Part shown: in pieces, positions 7,224-10,923 of the stretch
How the letters are laid out: every line of letters starts with the position of its first letter
How positions within the stretch are numbered: the stretch's first letter is position 1
Assembly (NCBI RefSeq): GCF_049969415.1
Contig: NZ_JBMFOX010000035.1
Span: forward strand, 1 to 10,923
Direction of reading: 5' to 3'
Length of the DNA: 10,923 nucleotides
Source: Candidatus Hadarchaeum sp.
GTDB taxonomy: Archaea > Hadarchaeota > Hadarchaeia > Hadarchaeales > Hadarchaeaceae
Notes under the pieces: generated by a model
What the model was told of the DNA's origin: nothing
The model's input: the letters and a program-made list of their open reading frames with translations, nothing else
Databases searched by the model: none
Program-made: the position numbers and the translations under genes

Positions 7224-7863
7224 ATGTATGAGATAATCGAACTCGGAATCGATGCATTGGCTGAGTATCTCTCGGCGCATGTAATTATCGGTCTAGTTCC
7301 AGCCTTTTTCATCTCAGGGGCAATCGCGGCCCTAGCGAGCAAACAGTCCGTACTCAAATACTTTGGAGCCGGAGCAAAGAAATGGCTCTCTTACAGCGTT
7401 GCCACCGTATCCGGAGCCATTCTGGCTGTCTGTAGCTGCACAATCCTGCCCATCTTTCAAGGCATTTATAAACGCGGCGCCGGCGTGTTTATCGTGGGAG
7501 TGATCGGCGGCATCGCGGCAAACTTCCCCCCCTTCTCATGACCCGGCTACTTCCGTGGGCGAGTTGACCAAGCCCTACCTCGGTAACAGCTCGCTGACAG
7601 CTTGCCTGCTGGCCTCAGTCATCGGGGCCCTCCTTTACATGCCAACTTTGAAATTCCGATTGTCGGGTCTCTCTTTGGCTACGGCAACGGGCTGATGGCG
7701 CCCGGGCCGGCCCTCTCCCTCCTGCTTGCTGGTCCGGCACTGAGCCTACCCAGCATAATCGTCCTCACTAGGATGGTCGGATGGAAAAAAGGCCGGCGTT
7801 TATGTGTTGCTGGTTGTGATAATCGCCACTTTGACTGGAATGCTTTACGGGTCATTGGTATGA
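7224..7863 (+). pseudogene. ArsP/DUF318-family permease, disrupted (internal deletion plus 3 frameshifts)
   Basis: N-terminal LVPAFFISGAI...ILAVCSCTILPIFQGIYKRGAG and C-terminal GALLYMPTL/EIPIV...GPALSLLLAGPALSLPS...WKK/AGVYVLLVVIIATLTGMLYGSLV* are split over different frames. Shifts occur at C7 (7526-7532), about 7650, and A6 (7785-7790). The reconstructed product is only about 213 codons. Confidence 0.85.
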
Positions 7864-7886
7864 AGAAAATGGGAGGTGGTTGAAAT

Positions 7887-8326
7887 TTGTCTGAGGAAAT
7901 GAAATGGGAAGCCGGAAGGAACACGCATGAAAACATCATCTACGTATGCTTTGGAGGGCTTTCAAATACAGGAATCACCGCAGCCCTTGCGGCTTTGGAA
8001 GCGGTTCAGGAACTTGGATTGAAAAAGGTGGCCATTGGCTGTTTGGCGGGACTGCCGACCAACGTGGCTCCGGTTCACGGTAAGACGAAAGCAGCCGGAA
8101 AAATCGTGACTGTGGATGGATGCCCGTTTGAGTGTAGCAAGAAGGTGGTGGAAGCAGCGGGTTTCAGGGTAAACAAAAACATCGTGCTGACTAAAGACAT
8201 CGGTATGAAAAAAAGGCGCTCCACGAGGACATCGGTAGTGACCTGAAAGAGGTCATGGCGTACATCTCAAATGACGATGTAAAGAGAGCCAAGGACCTTA
8301 TCATCAGGGCCATACTTGAGGATTGA
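7887..8326 (+). pseudogene. DGC-domain putative zinc-binding protein, frameshifted near the C-terminus
   Basis: RBS GGAGGTG at 7872-7878 and TTG start; motifs CFGGLSNTG, CLAG, VDGCPFECSKK. As sequenced the ORF ends at 8246. A shift at A7 (8208-8214) restores ALHEDIGSDLKEVMAYISNDDVKRAKDLIIRAILED* to 8326. Confidence 0.72.
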
Positions 8327-8348
8327 AAAAGACAAACGGTGCCGAGAT

Positions 8349-9092
8349 ATGGCCCAAACTTATAAAGAATTGGGCAAAAAGATGGTGGAGGTTCTTGATT
8401 TAAAATACTCTCCAGTTGGCGTAAATTTAATGTCGGTTGAAAGGGATATTCCTGGCACCGAGTTGTTGAACAAACATCGATATTGTCAGGGTTTGATGTT
8501 GGCCAGAAAGGGAAAAGGCGTTTTGCTCAGGGCGAACGGTCTCTCCTGTCCGGCGGCATCCTCTTGCTTTGGATACCAAGAATTAACGGAAAATTTAAAG
8601 ACCGGAAGAAGTCTCGTTGACTTTGGCATCGTTTCCGAAGAAGCTGCAGGACAAAGGATGTTCGCCGAAATGCCCAGACTGCAACCCGGTTCAATCAAGC
8701 AATTGCATCTTTTCCCGTTAGAAAGATCAAACTGTGTTCCCAACATCGTCGTCGTTGAAGATGAGGTGGAAAAACTGATGTGGATCCTCCTAGCCTACCT
8801 GAACCTCAAGGTAGGACAGCGCGTGTACTCAAATACTGCGGTACTCCAAGCCGCTTGCGTCGACGCTACAGTGGTGCCATACCTTGAGGACCGGCTCAAT
8901 TTCTCATTTGGTTGCTATGGTTGCAGAGACGCGACCGATATTGGAGCGGGTGAAGCCATTCTTGGATTCCCCGGCCGCTTCTTATCATCGATAGTCGACA
9001 ACTTGGTAAATTTATCCAAAAAAGCAATACCGACGTCCCGCTCAAAGCAGGCTTTGTCTGCTCTTAAAACCATCAATCCGGCTGATCAGTAA
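8349..9092 (+). CDS. DUF169-family (Cys-motif) protein
   Basis: LDLKYSPVGV, RYCQ, LSCPAA, PNIVV, AACVD, SFGCYGCR pattern. ATG 8349 is preferred over TTG 8316, which overlaps the reconstructed DGC gene end. Confidence 0.8.
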   Translation: MAQTYKELGKKMVEVLDLKYSPVGVNLMSVERDIPGTELLNKHRYCQGLMLARKGKGVLLRANGLSCPAASSCFGYQELTENLKTGRSLVDFGIVSEEAAGQRMFAEMPRLQPGSIKQLHLFPLERSNCVPNIVVVEDEVEKLMWILLAYLNLKVGQRVYSNTAVLQAACVDATVVPYLEDRLNFSFGCYGCRDATDIGAGEAILGFPGRFLSSIVDNLVNLSKKAIPTSRSKQALSALKTINPADQ

Positions 9093-9242
9093 TGTCAGCA
9101 GCCATGTCGGATTCGTTGATGCCACGAGACTCAGCAATCTTTTTTAATGTTCTCTCGCAGCCAGCTTCCATCTTTCACATTCAAAAACCAAAAGAAAATT
9201 TACCATTTGGGGTGGCCACTATCCAACATCGGAAAAATAGAC

Positions 9243-9285
9243 CAATAACTATATTGTTTTATGAACAACTTTCATATGTAGGTGA
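9243..9285 (+). promoter_or_regulatory. Two short inverted repeats and RBS upstream of the radical SAM gene
   Basis: CAATA-N4-TATTG (9243-9256), TATGAA-N5-TTCATA (9260-9276) and GGTGA (9281-9285), 7 nt before ATG 9293. Confidence 0.5.
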
Positions 9286-9292
9286 CTGAAAG

Positions 9293-10669
9293 ATGAAGGT
9301 GCTGCTCATCTCTCCACCCACAGAGAGCGCCGTGACCAAAGTTATGGGCACCACCGGACCTCCACTAGGTCTAGCTTACCTTGCTTCAATGATCAAAAAT
9401 GAACATGATGTAAAAATTGTTGATGCCGTTGCCGAGGGCTACGCTGAAGAGGACGTAGCTAAAATAATAAGGAGTTATGACCCAGACCTGATCGGCTTAA
9501 CTGCAACCACCGCCATGATGCCTGATGCCTACGAGACTGCCCAAGTCGCTAAGAAAATCAACGAAAACGTGAAAATCGTCATCGGTGGTCCCCACGCAAC
9601 TTTTTTGCCCGAGAGAACCATGCAGGAATGCCCGCAGGTGGATTTCGTCGTAAGAGGTGAAGGGGAGTACACCTTTAAAGAACTGGTAGCTGCCTTGGAA
9701 AAAGAAAGAGATCTGAAGAACATAAAGGGGCTTTCGTTCCAACGCGATGGAAAAGTGATAAACAACCCGCCGAGAGAACTGGTGGAAAACGTTGACGAAA
9801 TTCCCATGCCTGCCTATGACCTGCTGCCGATGAAAAAATACCGGGCGGGAAAAATCGAGTTCGGTACCATAATCACCAGCCGGGGCTGCCCGTTTAACTG
9901 CATCTTCTGCTCTTCCTCACTTCAGTTCGGCAAGAAATGGCGCGGCCACAGCGTCGCGAGGACTCTGGAGGAGCTATCCATCCTCAGAAATGAGTACAGT
10001 AAAAGGGAAATAGAATTTCTGGATGATACCTTTACCTTTCAGAAATCGAGAGCCATTACCATCACCGAAGAAATCAGGAGGGAAGGACTGGACATCACTT
10101 GGACGGCATCTTCCAGGGTCGATACCTTTTCACAAGAAGTGGCCTGCGCGATGAAAATGTCCGGAGCACATACCGTCTACTTCGGAATAGAATCCGCGTC
10201 GCAGAGGACGCTGGACTTCATCGGAAAGGGGATTACGCCAGAAAAATCGGTGCTGGCGGTGAAAAATGCCAAAAGGGCCGGGCTCCACGCCTTGGGGTCC
10301 TTCGTGATCGGTTTTCCAGAAGAAAGTGCTGAGGAAATTGAAACGACGATAAAGTTTTCTAAAAAGGTCGGCGTTGACCTCGCCCAGTTCACCATCGCCA
10401 CTCCATACCCGGGGACGAGGCTGTGGTTATATGCTCTGAAAGAAAAGATACTGCTCACCATGAACTGGAGAAAGTTCACCACCCTAGATCCCGTGATGAA
10501 ATTGAAATATCTTACGGCGGACCAGATAACCAAAGCTCTGAGATCGGCTTACCTAAAATTTTACCTGCGTCCGAAAATGCTGTTGCTGGACCTGATCAGA
10601 GATAGGGGCTTCGTCTTCAAGAAGGCGATGCACTTCCTAGCCAATGAGATAGTCCAACGGCTGAAATAG
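9293..10669 (+). CDS. Cobalamin (B12)-binding domain radical SAM protein (class B methyltransferase-like)
   Basis: MKVLLISPP, PPLGLAYLA, IVIGGPHAT, VRGEGE (B12-binding domain); TSRGCPFNCIFC (CxxxCxxC); DDTF, GIES, VIGFP, TPYPGT. Confidence 0.93.
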   Translation: MKVLLISPPTESAVTKVMGTTGPPLGLAYLASMIKNEHDVKIVDAVAEGYAEEDVAKIIRSYDPDLIGLTATTAMMPDAYETAQVAKKINENVKIVIGGPHATFLPERTMQECPQVDFVVRGEGEYTFKELVAALEKERDLKNIKGLSFQRDGKVINNPPRELVENVDEIPMPAYDLLPMKKYRAGKIEFGTIITSRGCPFNCIFCSSSLQFGKKWRGHSVARTLEELSILRNEYSKREIEFLDDTFTFQKSRAITITEEIRREGLDITWTASSRVDTFSQEVACAMKMSGAHTVYFGIESASQRTLDFIGKGITPEKSVLAVKNAKRAGLHALGSFVIGFPEESAEEIETTIKFSKKVGVDLAQFTIATPYPGTRLWLYALKEKILLTMNWRKFTTLDPVMKLKYLTADQITKALRSAYLKFYLRPKMLLLDLIRDRGFVFKKAMHFLANEIVQRLK

Positions 10670-10731
10670 AAACCCTTTTCACCATAACAATTACAGCTTA
10701 ACGGAAAAGCCAAGGCAATGATGGGAACATC

Positions 10732-10860
10732 GTGCTCCCGATACTTCGAGAAGCCATTATGAGTGGCGATCGGAAAAAGGCCACCGAACTTGTTGATCTC
10801 AGCCTTGCAAAAGGGATTGACGCAAGGTTCTGCGCCAATTTTAAGGCAGTTTTCCCATAG
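10732..10860 (+). pseudogene. Truncated remnant of a corrinoid-protein N-terminal cap (B12-binding_2) domain
   Basis: VLPILREAIMSGDRKKATELVDLSLAKGIDA aligns by eye with LKKIYHAVLNFDLRGAKEATKEALEKGIDP of the intact corrinoid protein at 2701. Similarity then stops and TAG 10858-10860 follows. Below the ORF-track size cutoff. Confidence 0.6.
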
Positions 10861-10913
10861 TTATTGTGGCATTTAGGAGCTGGCCGAGGCTGGTGGGGGG
10901 ACAGAAACCAACC

Positions 10914-10920
10914 GAGGTGA
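10914..10920 (+). promoter_or_regulatory. Shine-Dalgarno GAGGTGA; the next gene likely starts at or just beyond the window edge
   Basis: Strong archaeal RBS consensus at the 3' end of the window. Confidence 0.5.
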
Positions 10921-10923
10921 TTG

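Noticed and set aside
7602-7883. Independent 93-aa gene
   Set aside because: Only its middle part is permease-like; it is one frame segment of the permease pseudogene.
8205-8220. Canonical programmed -1 ribosomal frameshift site in the DGC gene
   Set aside because: The phase is ATG AAA AAA AGG rather than X XXY YYZ, and no clear stimulatory hairpin follows. Neighbouring lesions favour decay or error.
9092-9289. 65-aa plus-strand ORF between DUF169 and the radical SAM gene
   Set aside because: It has no motifs and runs through AT-rich promoter-like sequence and the downstream RBS.
10858-10920. Pyrrolysine readthrough of the TAG ending the corrinoid fragment
   Set aside because: Similarity is already lost before the TAG, the downstream peptide is not corrinoid-like, and it stops again at 10918-10920.
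1-10923. CRISPR array, tRNA/rRNA, IS element, or evidence of methanogenesis
   Set aside because: No spaced direct repeats, cloverleafs, transposase or terminal repeats were seen. No mcr/mtr/mtaA genes are present, so the methyltransferase module alone does not imply methanogenesis.

Overview
Gene-dense window from what looks like an anaerobic archaeon: GGTGA/GAGGTGA ribosome-binding sites, TATA boxes about 25 nt before starts, oligo-T terminators and an F420-binding FrhB-family gene. The left part (1-7158) is an intact methyl/C1-amine metabolism cluster. It holds an opine (octopine/nopaline) dehydrogenase-family gene that probably starts at a non-canonical ATA, and a minus-strand DHOD/PreA-like flavin-FeS oxidoreductase whose pyrimidine-binding residues are replaced. 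Divergent from that gene lie a corrinoid protein, a pyrrolysine-free MttB-family methyltransferase, gcvT, and an overlapping ferredoxin-FrhB (FpoF/FqoF-like) gene. The right part (7191-9092) is a decaying ArsP/DUF318 permease - DGC protein - DUF169 unit with its own TATA box and operator-like palindrome; the permease and the DGC gene are frameshifted. It is followed by a B12-binding (class B) radical SAM gene and an unannotated truncated remnant of a second corrinoid-protein cap domain. No RNA genes, CRISPR arrays or mobile elements were recognised. All family calls come from motif recognition by eye, not from database searches.
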